64,000 nucleotides of DNA from a virus, in the IMG/VR virus record IMGVR_UViG_3300037420_001273. One strand, 5' to 3'. Positions 26,398-33,341 of this stretch are shown here, piece after piece; position 1 is the first letter of the stretch; every line of letters starts with the position of its first letter. A program made the position numbers and the translations under genes. The notes below the pieces were generated by a model. That model did no database searches. It was not told where the DNA came from and worked only from the letters and a program-made list of their open reading frames with translations.

Positions 26398-26585
26398 CTA
26401 AGTCCTTGATTCTTAAGCTTTGTTCTAATGTTCTGTTCCATTCTTGATTTTTCTTGTATGAAAGAGAAATACTTAATATACAGAGATACTATATAAAAAG
26501 TACTGTATGGAAAAGTATGTTGGGGGGAGTATCAAAAGTGCTCTCTCCTATAAAGAGTTGGAGAGATCGGAACGGAATTTTGGAA
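26398..26585. promoter_or_regulatory. AT-rich island with short direct repeats (candidate origin and/or strong promoter region)
   Basis: About 190 bp of strikingly AT-rich DNA in a GC-rich genome, just upstream of the primase-helicase gene. Repeats TGTTCT x2, TTCTTG/TTCTTA x3-4, GTACT/GTATG; inverted TCTCTCC...GGAGAGA. Confidence 0.5.
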
Positions 26586-26605
26586 CAGGGGGCCGGAGCC
26601 CCCTG
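26586..26605 (-). terminator. GC hairpin after gene 26612..27466
   Basis: CAGGGGGC-CGGA-GCCCCCTG lies 6 nt past the stop codon. No clean U tract. Confidence 0.35.
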
Positions 26606-26611
26606 CGTGCG

Positions 26612-27466
26612 TCACTCGATGGCGTTGAAGTGCTTGTGCTTGAGCTGCACGCCGAGCTGCTTCTTGAGCTCGCGCACGTCGGTGAACAGTGTCGCGAAGT
26701 CGAGCGACGACACGCGGTTATCGCGCCGGGCGTTGTCGACGCAGCGGTCGAGACCGCGCATCGCAGCGTTGAGCAACTTGAACTGCGTGCGCGCGTCCAA
26801 GTCGCCGAACGGGTCGTCGTGCATCGTGTCCAGGCTGATGTTCATGCAGTTGAACAACACGGTCAGCGACTTGGCTCGGTTCTTGTCGAAGTCGTGCAGG
26901 CGCACCTGCTCGAGCTTGTCCTTGGTCGCGAGGTCATGACGCAGCGCTTCGGCCAGTTCCTTGTCGCCGTCGGCGATGAGCTCGATGAGCTGCTCGTTCT
27001 TGGCGCGCGTCTCGGCGGTGACCGAGCGCAACCGCGGGTTGGAGATGACGTCGTGCAGTGCCGGGATCTTGGTCGAGTCGCCCTTATGGATGCGGTGCCA
27101 GATCTCTTCGCGGATGTCGAGCAGCAGAGCGATGCGCTGCTTCGTCTCCGTGACCTCGAAGCCTTGGTCCTGCAGGTTGGCTTCGTTCTCGTTCAGGCTC
27201 TCGACGAACGCGAGCATCGCCGCGTACGAGTCGAACGTCGGCTCTTCCGTGTTCTGGTCGCCACGGTAGAAGTCGTTGAGCATCTGGCCGAGCGTGGCGG
27301 TGATGTTGCCGTCGGCGCTGAACGCGATCGCGCGCATGACCTCATCCTTGATCCGGTCGTTGTCGATGGCTTCGGTCCAGTCGAGCAGATCGAACGAGAA
27401 CGGGTTGAGCTGCGAGTGCACGGCAGCGGCTTGTTCGGGGGTCAGGACATGGGTTTGGTTGGCCAT
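26612..27466 (-). CDS. hypothetical early/middle protein
   Basis: Track ORF, 284 aa, GGAG SD. No motif recognised. Confidence 0.6.
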   Translation of the reverse strand: MANQTHVLTPEQAAAVHSQLNPFSFDLLDWTEAIDNDRIKDEVMRAIAFSADGNITATLGQMLNDFYRGDQNTEEPTFDSYAAMLAFVESLNENEANLQDQGFEVTETKQRIALLLDIREEIWHRIHKGDSTKIPALHDVISNPRLRSVTAETRAKNEQLIELIADGDKELAEALRHDLATKDKLEQVRLHDFDKNRAKSLTVLFNCMNISLDTMHDDPFGDLDARTQFKLLNAAMRGLDRCVDNARRDNRVSSLDFATLFTDVRELKKQLGVQLKHKHFNAIE

Positions 27467-27556
27467 GATGAAGTTCTCCAGGTAAGTTGCGTTGAATGCC
27501 GGTTACGTCGAACGACTCCATCACTCAGGACGCTCGTCGTTCTTTCCGGCGGTATT

Positions 27557-27736
27557 TCACCCGTGGTTGAGCGTAAGCAAGGCGAGGGGCATGCCCAGAT
27601 CCTCTTCGTGCTCGGCGACTTCGTCGAACACGGGATCGTCGGACTCGGTGATGGGTTCTAGCTCGAGTTCATCGCGTGGTTGCTCCAGTAGATCGAACGA
27701 AGAGATGCGAACGCGAACGACAGCTACGCGGGCCAT
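27557..27736 (-). CDS. possible small acidic protein (59 aa, below track cut-off)
   Basis: My translation: MARVAVVRVRISSFDLLEQPRDELELEPITESDDPVFDEVAEHEEDLGMPLALLTLNHG. The 3' two-thirds is GC3-rich. The 5' part coincides with a TAGATCGAACGAAGA element, so the start is doubtful. Confidence 0.3.
   Translation of the reverse strand: MARVAVVRVRISSFDLLEQPRDELELEPITESDDPVFDEVAEHEEDLGMPLALLTLNHG
27689..27703. promoter_or_regulatory. TAGATCGAACGAAGA element
   Basis: Third exact copy of the 15-mer. Confidence 0.5.
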
Positions 27737-27855
27737 GCCAGCAGTACTCCCGTCGCTGCGAAGGCGGCGACGCCGCCGATCGTGTACAACGCGTCAGCGA
27801 GAGTGAAGCTGAGCGTGTGCACACGTTTGCCGATGATGAGGATGTGAATCTTCAT
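27724..27855 (-). CDS. small membrane protein (43 aa)
   Basis: ATG 27855 within track ORF 27724..27969: MKIHILIIGKRVHTLSFTLADALYTIGGVAAFAATGVLLAWPA. TGATG overlap with the upstream stop. Confidence 0.4.
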   Translation of the reverse strand: MKIHILIIGKRVHTLSFTLADALYTIGGVAAFAATGVLLAWPA

Positions 27856-28082
27856 CACTGCAACCTGAACTTCTTCAGGACTTCGTTGGCCTGCTCGGTG
27901 TTCTCGATCTTCGGCTCGATGTACGTGCCACCGAGTTGCTGCCGAGCGAAGGCTTGGGCGATGCGGCATTGCACTTCCAGGTCGACCATGAAGGTCAGAA
28001 AGATGAACTGCTCTTCGGGCAGGCCGTGCAAGAACGCGCGCAGCGCTTCGACGTCCTTAGGGTTGCTGGGTTGAAGGTCCAT
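27855..28082 (-). CDS. hypothetical protein
   Basis: Track ORF, 75 aa. Confidence 0.5.
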   Translation of the reverse strand: MDLQPSNPKDVEALRAFLHGLPEEQFIFLTFMVDLEVQCRIAQAFARQQLGGTYIEPKIENTEQANEVLKKFRLQ

Positions 28083-28094
28083 GTGAGCTCTCCT

Positions 28095-28376
28095 CTAGAG
28101 CTTGTGGCTGATGCTGATCCAGCCAGGTTGGTACTTGCCGCGCTCGATGTAGCCGAACGCTTTGCGGCCGAGGCCGATGCACGCAGAGCAGGTCAGGGCG
28201 CTGATCGCCGCGACCATCATTCCGCTGTACGTGCCGTAGTGAAGGAAGTTCACCAGCACGAACACGGCGATATCGAGCGCAAGCGGGTGACTGAGCATCC
28301 ACATGCGTCGCTTCCACGACAGCTTGCAGAACATCGTGATCAGGCCGATCGCGACGATGAGACCCATCTCGATCAT
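28095..28376 (-). CDS. membrane protein (about 3 TM)
   Basis: 93 aa from ATG 28376 (MIEMGLIVAIGLITMFCKLSWKRRMWMLSHPLALDIAVFVLVNFL...). ATGA overlap. Confidence 0.5.
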   Translation of the reverse strand: MIEMGLIVAIGLITMFCKLSWKRRMWMLSHPLALDIAVFVLVNFLHYGTYSGMMVAAISALTCSACIGLGRKAFGYIERGKYQPGWISISHKL

Positions 28377-28786
28377 GCGAACCTCCTTCGCGTCCACGTG
28401 GTGAACGCGTGCCAGTGCTGGTCGATGCGCCGGCCGACGATGTAGTCGAACGCGATGCTCGATGCCTGGATCGATGCATAGACTGCGAGTACGATGCCGA
28501 CGCACCACAGCACCATCGAGAACACGCTTGAAGCGCTGAGCGTTATGGCGCTGAGCGCGATCGCTTCGGTCATCCAGCTGACCGAATAGCCCACGCCCAG
28601 GCCGAACAGCATCGATGCGATGACCGCGGTGATGGCGCGGCTCCAGTGCGGCACGTTCAGATGCGTGAACAGCCGCTTCTGCGCTTCGAGGTACTCGCGC
28701 CACAGGCGTGTTTCCTCGATGTCGTTGCTCAGTTGCTCGGTCGTGATCGTTGCCTTCTTCGACGTACGTGGCTTCTTCGTTTCCAT
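28373..28786 (-). CDS. membrane protein (about 3 TM) with charged N-terminus
   Basis: Track ORF, 137 aa. Hydrophobic segments AITAVIASMLFGLGVGYSV, AIALSAITLSASSVFSMVLWCVGIVLAVYA. Confidence 0.55.
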   Translation of the reverse strand: METKKPRTSKKATITTEQLSNDIEETRLWREYLEAQKRLFTHLNVPHWSRAITAVIASMLFGLGVGYSVSWMTEAIALSAITLSASSVFSMVLWCVGIVLAVYASIQASSIAFDYIVGRRIDQHWHAFTTWTRRRFA

Positions 28787-28825
28787 GAGTGATCTCCTTC
28801 GTTGTATCCACTCGGATACATCGGT

Positions 28826-29014
28826 TCAGATAGAACGAGGCCCGCGGTTTTTGCGGGCCTCGAACAACATCTCGCTGAGCCAAGACCGTTTGCGTCGGCG
28901 CTTGGCGCGCGATGGCTTCATCCAGTCGTCGCTCGGTAGCTTCTCGGCTTCGACACGACGCACTTGCTCAGCCAGCTCTTCGTTGCTGAGCCATTCGCTG
29001 CGGTTGCGCTTCAC
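28826..29014 (-). CDS. small basic protein
   Basis: Track ORF, 62 aa (…SRAKRRRKRSW…). The 3' end overlaps the 28836-28862 hairpin. Confidence 0.45.
   Translation of the reverse strand: MKRNRSEWLSNEELAEQVRRVEAEKLPSDDWMKPSRAKRRRKRSWLSEMLFEARKNRGPRSI
28836..28862. other. 10-bp GC hairpin with GGTTTTT loop (copy 1)
   Basis: CGAGGCCCGC-GGTTTTT-GCGGGCCTCG, preceded by CAGATAGAAC. Confidence 0.6.
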
Positions 29015-29304
29015 CTCAGAGCCCCCGTCTGCCGGCGCACCGTTCCGCCGTTCTTTTTGGCTTCGTTCGACGCCCGAACAAAGTCTCCGGGCACTGCCGG
29101 ATCGAACTCGTACACGCGCTTCGGTGCACTCGCGTTCTGCTTGGCTGAACGCTTCGTGCTCAGTTGCTTGAACGCTTCGAGCTTGGACTGCAGCGCAGCC
29201 TTGTCGCCTTCGAGCTCCGCGATGCGCAGCCGCGCGGCTTCGAGCTGAGCGTTGCGCTCCGCCAGCGCCTGCGCGAGCTCCAGCTTGGTGGGCTTAGCGG
29301 CCAT
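29011..29304 (-). CDS. coiled-coil protein
   Basis: 97 aa from ATG 29304 (MAAKPTKLELAQALAERNAQLEAARLRIAELEGDKAALQSKLE...). Confidence 0.5.
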   Translation of the reverse strand: MAAKPTKLELAQALAERNAQLEAARLRIAELEGDKAALQSKLEAFKQLSTKRSAKQNASAPKRVYEFDPAVPGDFVRASNEAKKNGGTVRRQTGALR

Positions 29305-29404
29305 GGCGCACCTCCACACAGCAGCGCAGCTGCTCGCTGTCGTTGAGCACGAGCACGTAGTGCGACGCAGCTGCGAGCGCGCAGATGATCAAGTACTTGG
29401 TCAT
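29294..29404 (-). CDS. 36-aa hydrophobic peptide, first gene of leftward arm
   Basis: ATG 29404 preceded by AAGGAG at 6-nt spacing: MTKYLIICALAAASHYVLVLNDSEQLRCCVEVRHGR. Confidence 0.4.
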   Translation of the reverse strand: MTKYLIICALAAASHYVLVLNDSEQLRCCVEVRHGR

Positions 29405-29451
29405 CACGATCTCCTTGGGTTGATGAACGAACACAACCTCATGAGATCGAA

Positions 29452-29478
29452 CAGGGCGCGCGGTTTTTGCGCGCCCTG
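29452..29478. other. 10-bp GC hairpin with GGTTTTT loop (copy 2)
   Basis: CAGGGCGCGC-GGTTTTT-GCGCGCCCTG, preceded by GAGATCGAAC. Confidence 0.6.
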
Positions 29479-29605
29479 CCACCCGGAGCACAAAGGAATC
29501 CTTTTCCCCGGAGCGAAACACGAATCCGAAGTGGGGTGTCGAACGAGGCGACGGGGGAGGGGAGACTCAGTTCCCCGGCTATGCAGCTACAAAGCAAAAA
29601 TATCT

Positions 29606-29633
29606 GGGGGTGTAAAAAAAACTTTACACCCCC
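29606..29633. other. 11-bp hairpin in divergent control region
   Basis: GGGGGTGTAAA-AAAAAC-TTTACACCCCC, followed by an A8 run at about 29656-29663. Confidence 0.6.
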
Positions 29634-29679
29634 ATCCCCCTCGAACGCGACCGAACAAAAAAAATTTAGAAAACTGGCG

Positions 29680-29703
29680 TTCGATCGAAGTTCTATCTAA
29701 GAT
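29680..29703. promoter_or_regulatory. palindromic TTCGATCGAA + TCTATCTAAGA, upstream of terS
   Basis: TTCGATCGAAGTTCTATCTAAGAT. Confidence 0.45.
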
Positions 29704-29711
29704 TGCGGGCT

Positions 29712-30320
29712 ATGGCAGCAGGACAGATGCCCGCCCCTCATCGTCGCGGAAAGAACAACAAGGGAAGTGACTCGAAGACCCTGAAGGCGAACTACCGCGG
29801 GCTCGCCGACATGTCGCCGGCTGAGGTCGAGCAGCTGCCGGACGATGGCACGTGGAAGCCGAGCGAGAAGGCCCGCAACTTCGTCAAGCACTGGGCCTCC
29901 GGCGAGTCGATCCGCAACGCCGCCTACAAGGCGGGCTATGGCTTAGACGCCGCGTACGCCTACAAGCTCGTGCGCCACCCCACAGTGCTGCGCATGTACA
30001 ACGAGGAGAAGGTCAAGTACGAGCAGGCGGCGCAGATGACGCGCAAGAAGGTCATGGACGGCCTGCTCGAGGCCGTGGAGATGGCCAAGCTGATGGCCGA
30101 GCCCGCTTCGATGATCGCCGGCTGGCGCGAGATCGGGAAGATGTGCGGCTACTACGAGCCGGTGAAGAAGACGATCGACGTCAACGTCACCGGTAACGTC
30201 GTGATGGAGCGCCTGAACCGCCTGTCCGACGCCGAGCTGCTCAAGCTGATCACCCAGGAGGTCTCCAGTGTTGTCGAGCAAGAGCTCCTCACCGACGAAT
30301 CCGGCGACGAAGACGCCTGA
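29712..30320 (+). CDS. terS: terminase small subunit (Terminase_2-like)
   Basis: The HTH-like ARNFVKHWASGESIRNAAYKAGYGLDAAYAYKLVRHPTVLRMY is typical of TerS. It is the first gene of the rightward arm, directly upstream of TerL. The start (ATG 29712, or TTG 29703) is uncertain. Confidence 0.7.
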   Translation: MAAGQMPAPHRRGKNNKGSDSKTLKANYRGLADMSPAEVEQLPDDGTWKPSEKARNFVKHWASGESIRNAAYKAGYGLDAAYAYKLVRHPTVLRMYNEEKVKYEQAAQMTRKKVMDGLLEAVEMAKLMAEPASMIAGWREIGKMCGYYEPVKKTIDVNVTGNVVMERLNRLSDAELLKLITQEVSSVVEQELLTDESGDEDA

Positions 30321-30564
30321 ATTCGACCCGCATGCCCCGTTCGTCGACGAAAAAGGCTACGACTACGACGACTTCGCGGCGTTCCTCGCCGGCCGCAAAG
30401 AAAACTGCTGGCGCAACCGCGAAATCGAAAGCATCTGGAGCGTCTCCGGCAAAGACCCCTCTCGCGCACGGCGCTACGTCGGCGCCGTGCGCCACTGCTA
30501 CGACAAGGACGGAAACATCAACCTCGGGCTCGGCCGCCCCCAGCAGCGCTCCTTCCCGTTTTGA
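30268..30564 (+). CDS. 98-aa ORF with strong RBS, probably the N-terminal segment of TerL (joined by a +1 frame change)
   Basis: GTG 30268 lies 6 nt after AGGAGG. The frame is strongly GC3-biased and ends ...SFPF* at TTT TGA (30559-30564), exactly where the +1 frame becomes coding-like. Confidence 0.55.
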   Translation: MLSSKSSSPTNPATKTPEFDPHAPFVDEKGYDYDDFAAFLAGRKENCWRNREIESIWSVSGKDPSRARRYVGAVRHCYDKDGNINLGLGRPQQRSFPF

Positions 30565-30664
30565 CCCCGACTTCGAGCGCCAGCTCGAGTTCGCCAAGGC
30601 CAGCCCCGAGAACACCGCCCCTCTGCCTCCTTTGAACCCCCGGCGCCATGCGCTGGAGAAGGAG

Positions 30665-32215
30665 ATGGCCAGCCGCGTGCTCGCGCGGCGGCGCCTGTTG
30701 CCGTTCGTGCAGCGCATGAACGAGCGCTACGACGCCGGTTGGGTGCACGAGGACATCTGCCACCGCCTGGAGAAGTTCAGCGACGACGTCGCCAAGGGGT
30801 TGTCGCCGCGGCTGATGCTCCTGATGCCCCCGCGGCATGGGAAGAGCGAGCTCGCGAGCAAGAACTTCCCGGCCTGGCACCTGGGCCGGCATCCGGACCA
30901 CGAGTTCATCGCCTGCTCGTACAACCTGAGCCTGGCGATGGGCTTCAGCCGCAAGGTCAAGCAGATCATCGACGACCCGTCGTACCAGTCGGTCTTCGCA
31001 GAGACCCGCCTGGACCCGAACAACTCGTCGACCGAGGAGTGGGGCATCCACAACCAGCGCGGCGGCTACGTCGCAGCTGGTATCGGCGGCCCGATCACCG
31101 GCAAGGGCGCGCACGTGCTCGTGATCGACGACCCGGTGAAGAACGCCGAGGAGGCGGACTCGGCCGACGCGCGCGAGAAGATCTGGGAGTGGTACCTGTC
31201 CACCGCGTACACGCGCCTGGCCCCCGGAGGGGGCGTGCTCGTGATCCAGACCTGGTGGCACGACGACGACCTGGCCGGGCGGCTGCAGCAGATGATGGCC
31301 CAGGCCGGCGAGCTCGACGACGACGTCGATCAGTTCGAGGTGGTCAAGTACCCCGCTATCGCGGAGCGCGACGAGTACCTGGACGAGACCACCGGCTTGA
31401 TCGCGTACGACGAGGCGCCGGCGCAGGGCCGTCTGCTGCGTGCCCGCGGCGAGGCGCTGCACCCCAGCCGCTACGACCTGAAGAAGCTCAGCCGCATCCG
31501 GGCGCTCAACCGCAAGGGCGACGGCACTGACGGGCGCTGGTGGTCGGCGCTGTACCAGCAGAACCCGGTGCCTGACGACGGCAGCTACTTCACCAAGGAC
31601 CAGTTCCGGCGGGGGCCGATTCCGGCGAAGCCCGAGGCGCGCGTGTACATCGCGTGGGACTTCGCGATCAGCGAGAAGAAGCAGAACGACTACACCGTCG
31701 GCTCGGTGGGCCTGCAGGACGGCGACGACGTCCTGCACGTCGCGGAGGTGGTGCGCTTCAAGTCCGGCGACGCTTTTTTCATCGTGGAATCTATCTTAGA
31801 TCTAACGGCGAAGTGGTATAGTCCGTCCCTGATTCTGGGCTTCGAGGACGGGCAGATCTTCCGTGCGATCGAGGCGCTGTTGAAGAAGCGCATGCGCGAG
31901 CGGCGGATCTACCCGGCCGTCGAGGTCTTGAAGCCGATCACGGACAAGATGGCCCGAGCGCGGGCCCTTCAGGGTCGTATGCAGCAAGGCATGGTGAGTT
32001 TCAACGACCAGGCTCAGTGGTACGAGACGGTCAGGGCCGAGATGCTGCGCTTTCCCGCCGGCGTTCACGACGACTGCGTCGACTCCCTCGCCTGGATGAC
32101 GCAACTGGTCGTGGGGCGCGAGCCCCCGAGGAAGCCTCAGCCGCAGCGCATGAAGAGCTGGAAGGACAAGTTGTCCAACCTCGGCGCCGGTCAAGGCTCC
32201 CACATGTCCGCTTGA
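30665..32215 (+). CDS. terL: terminase large subunit (minimal extent from first SD-preceded ATG; coding signal in this frame starts at about 30563)
   Basis: Walker A-like LLMPPRHGKSELAS, Walker B VLVIDDPVKN, nuclease-half motifs IAWDFAIS and HDDCVDSLAW. The track ATG 30332 lies in a non-coding-looking stretch of this frame. Confidence 0.85.
   Translation: MASRVLARRRLLPFVQRMNERYDAGWVHEDICHRLEKFSDDVAKGLSPRLMLLMPPRHGKSELASKNFPAWHLGRHPDHEFIACSYNLSLAMGFSRKVKQIIDDPSYQSVFAETRLDPNNSSTEEWGIHNQRGGYVAAGIGGPITGKGAHVLVIDDPVKNAEEADSADAREKIWEWYLSTAYTRLAPGGGVLVIQTWWHDDDLAGRLQQMMAQAGELDDDVDQFEVVKYPAIAERDEYLDETTGLIAYDEAPAQGRLLRARGEALHPSRYDLKKLSRIRALNRKGDGTDGRWWSALYQQNPVPDDGSYFTKDQFRRGPIPAKPEARVYIAWDFAISEKKQNDYTVGSVGLQDGDDVLHVAEVVRFKSGDAFFIVESILDLTAKWYSPSLILGFEDGQIFRAIEALLKKRMRERRIYPAVEVLKPITDKMARARALQGRMQQGMVSFNDQAQWYETVRAEMLRFPAGVHDDCVDSLAWMTQLVVGREPPRKPQPQRMKSWKDKLSNLGAGQGSHMSA
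31796..31806. promoter_or_regulatory. palindromic TTAGATCTAAC copy embedded in terL coding sequence
   Basis: Encoded with rare TTA and CTA Leu codons (GAA TCT ATC TTA GAT CTA ACG). Confidence 0.45.
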
Positions 32216-32234
32216 AGCCCAGGAGCCCGAAAGC

Positions 32235-32444
32235 ATGGCCGTCCTCACCGCGAAGTCCCGCAACTCGTTGCGCTCCAGCACCTTCGGGCTGCCGAAGTCG
32301 CGCAAGTACCCGATGCCCGACAAGAGCCACGCGGCGAACGCCAAGAGCCGCGCGAGCCAGCAGCTGCACCGCGGCAACCTGAGCAAGAGCCAGTACAGCC
32401 AGATCGTCTCGAAGGCGAATCGCAAGCTGCGGGGGGCGTACTGA
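32235..32444 (+). CDS. small basic conserved phage protein
   Basis: 69 aa, with FGLPKSRKYPMPDKSHAANAKSRAS motif. Confidence 0.5.
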   Translation: MAVLTAKSRNSLRSSTFGLPKSRKYPMPDKSHAANAKSRASQQLHRGNLSKSQYSQIVSKANRKLRGAY

Positions 32445-32701
32445 TGGCCCGCCGCCGCAAAGCCGTCTTCACCCACAAGGGCTGGATCGGCCTGGCGCCG
32501 ATCTACATCGGCGCGCTCAACGGCCCCGACGACACCCCGCTCGACGTCATGGCGCGCTCCGCGTGGCTCGAGTGGTGGGCGAGCCTGAACTGCTCGGTCA
32601 TCTACTTCATCGGCTGGCTGTTCGGCACTGACCGAGCCCCGTTCGTCGTCACCGACGACGTCGACCCGCCGATTGTGCGCTACGTCGAGGAGGACGAGTG
32701 A
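32444..32701 (+). CDS. small membrane-associated protein
   Basis: Track ORF, 85 aa (…KGWIGLAPIYIG…IYFIGWLFG…). Confidence 0.5.
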   Translation: MARRRKAVFTHKGWIGLAPIYIGALNGPDDTPLDVMARSAWLEWWASLNCSVIYFIGWLFGTDRAPFVVTDDVDPPIVRYVEEDE

Positions 32702-32982
32702 CCCCTACCGACTTCGTGACCTGGCTTCAAGGCGTCGCCGACGTGCTCGGCGACGAGCCCCCGACGAAAGAGCGCTGGGAGCGCATCGTCAAGCAGCTGA
32801 GCGAGGTGCGCGTCACCCCCGCGCCGGCGCCGTTGACCTGGCCGACGCTGAACCCGCCGCCTGTACCCGTCCAGCCGCCGGCGTGGCCGACGTGGACTGT
32901 CTGGAGCGCTGGGAACTGCGGCCCCGAGGTCACCAGCACCGCGGTCATCGACTTCTCGAAGACCACGACGCACCGTCTATGA
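32698..32982 (+). CDS. hypothetical Pro/Trp-rich protein
   Basis: Track ORF, 94 aa; ATGA overlaps. Confidence 0.45.
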   Translation: MTPTDFVTWLQGVADVLGDEPPTKERWERIVKQLSEVRVTPAPAPLTWPTLNPPPVPVQPPAWPTWTVWSAGNCGPEVTSTAVIDFSKTTTHRL

Positions 32983-33341
32983 GCCACAACGTCGCCGCAG
33001 AGCTCGTAGCGCGCTGCTTCGCCACGCGCACGGCGGCGCACTTCGCGCACCTGAAGACGAAGAGTTACGCCGCGCACGTGGCGCTCAACGAGTTCTACGA
33101 CGCCGTCATCGAGCATGCGGACGCGTTCGCCGAGTGCTACCAGGGCGTGTTCGGCGTGATCCAGAACTACCCCGAGTACCCGTGTCCGAGCGGAGAGCTA
33201 AAGCCGATCGTCGAGCTGCGCGACTGGCTGTCGCAGAACCGCCAGGCGGCCAGCCGCGGCGAGACCGAGCTGGGCAACCTTATCGACGAGATCAAGACGG
33301 TGTGTGACCGCGCCATCTACAAGCTGGTGAACCTCAAGTGA
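32979..33341 (+). CDS. Dps/ferritin-like four-helix protein (DUF5856-like)
   Basis: 120 aa from ATG 32979 (MSHNVAAELVARCFATRTAAHFAHLKTKSYAAHVALNEFYDAVIEHADAFAE...). Recall-based. Confidence 0.45.
   Translation: MSHNVAAELVARCFATRTAAHFAHLKTKSYAAHVALNEFYDAVIEHADAFAECYQGVFGVIQNYPEYPCPSGELKPIVELRDWLSQNRQAASRGETELGNLIDEIKTVCDRAIYKLVNLK

Noticed and set aside
26612-27466. Possibility that the 284-aa early protein (or 13661..14311) is a split T7/N4-type RNA polymerase subunit.
   Set aside because: I could not find any of the single-subunit RNAP motifs by eye. It remains hypothetical pending a profile search.
27342-27524. 60-aa minus-strand ORF overlapping the start of gene 26612..27466.
   Set aside because: It spans the SD and start of the 284-aa gene in another frame, and has poor codon bias and no coupling signal.
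30332-30562. ATG 30332 (track start) as the true terL initiation codon.
   Set aside because: The stretch from 30332 to 30562 in that frame uses atypical A/T-ending codons and gives a Thr/Ser/Ala/Lys low-complexity peptide, while the overlapping frame (30268..30564) is strongly coding-like. The terL frame only becomes coding-like at 30563.
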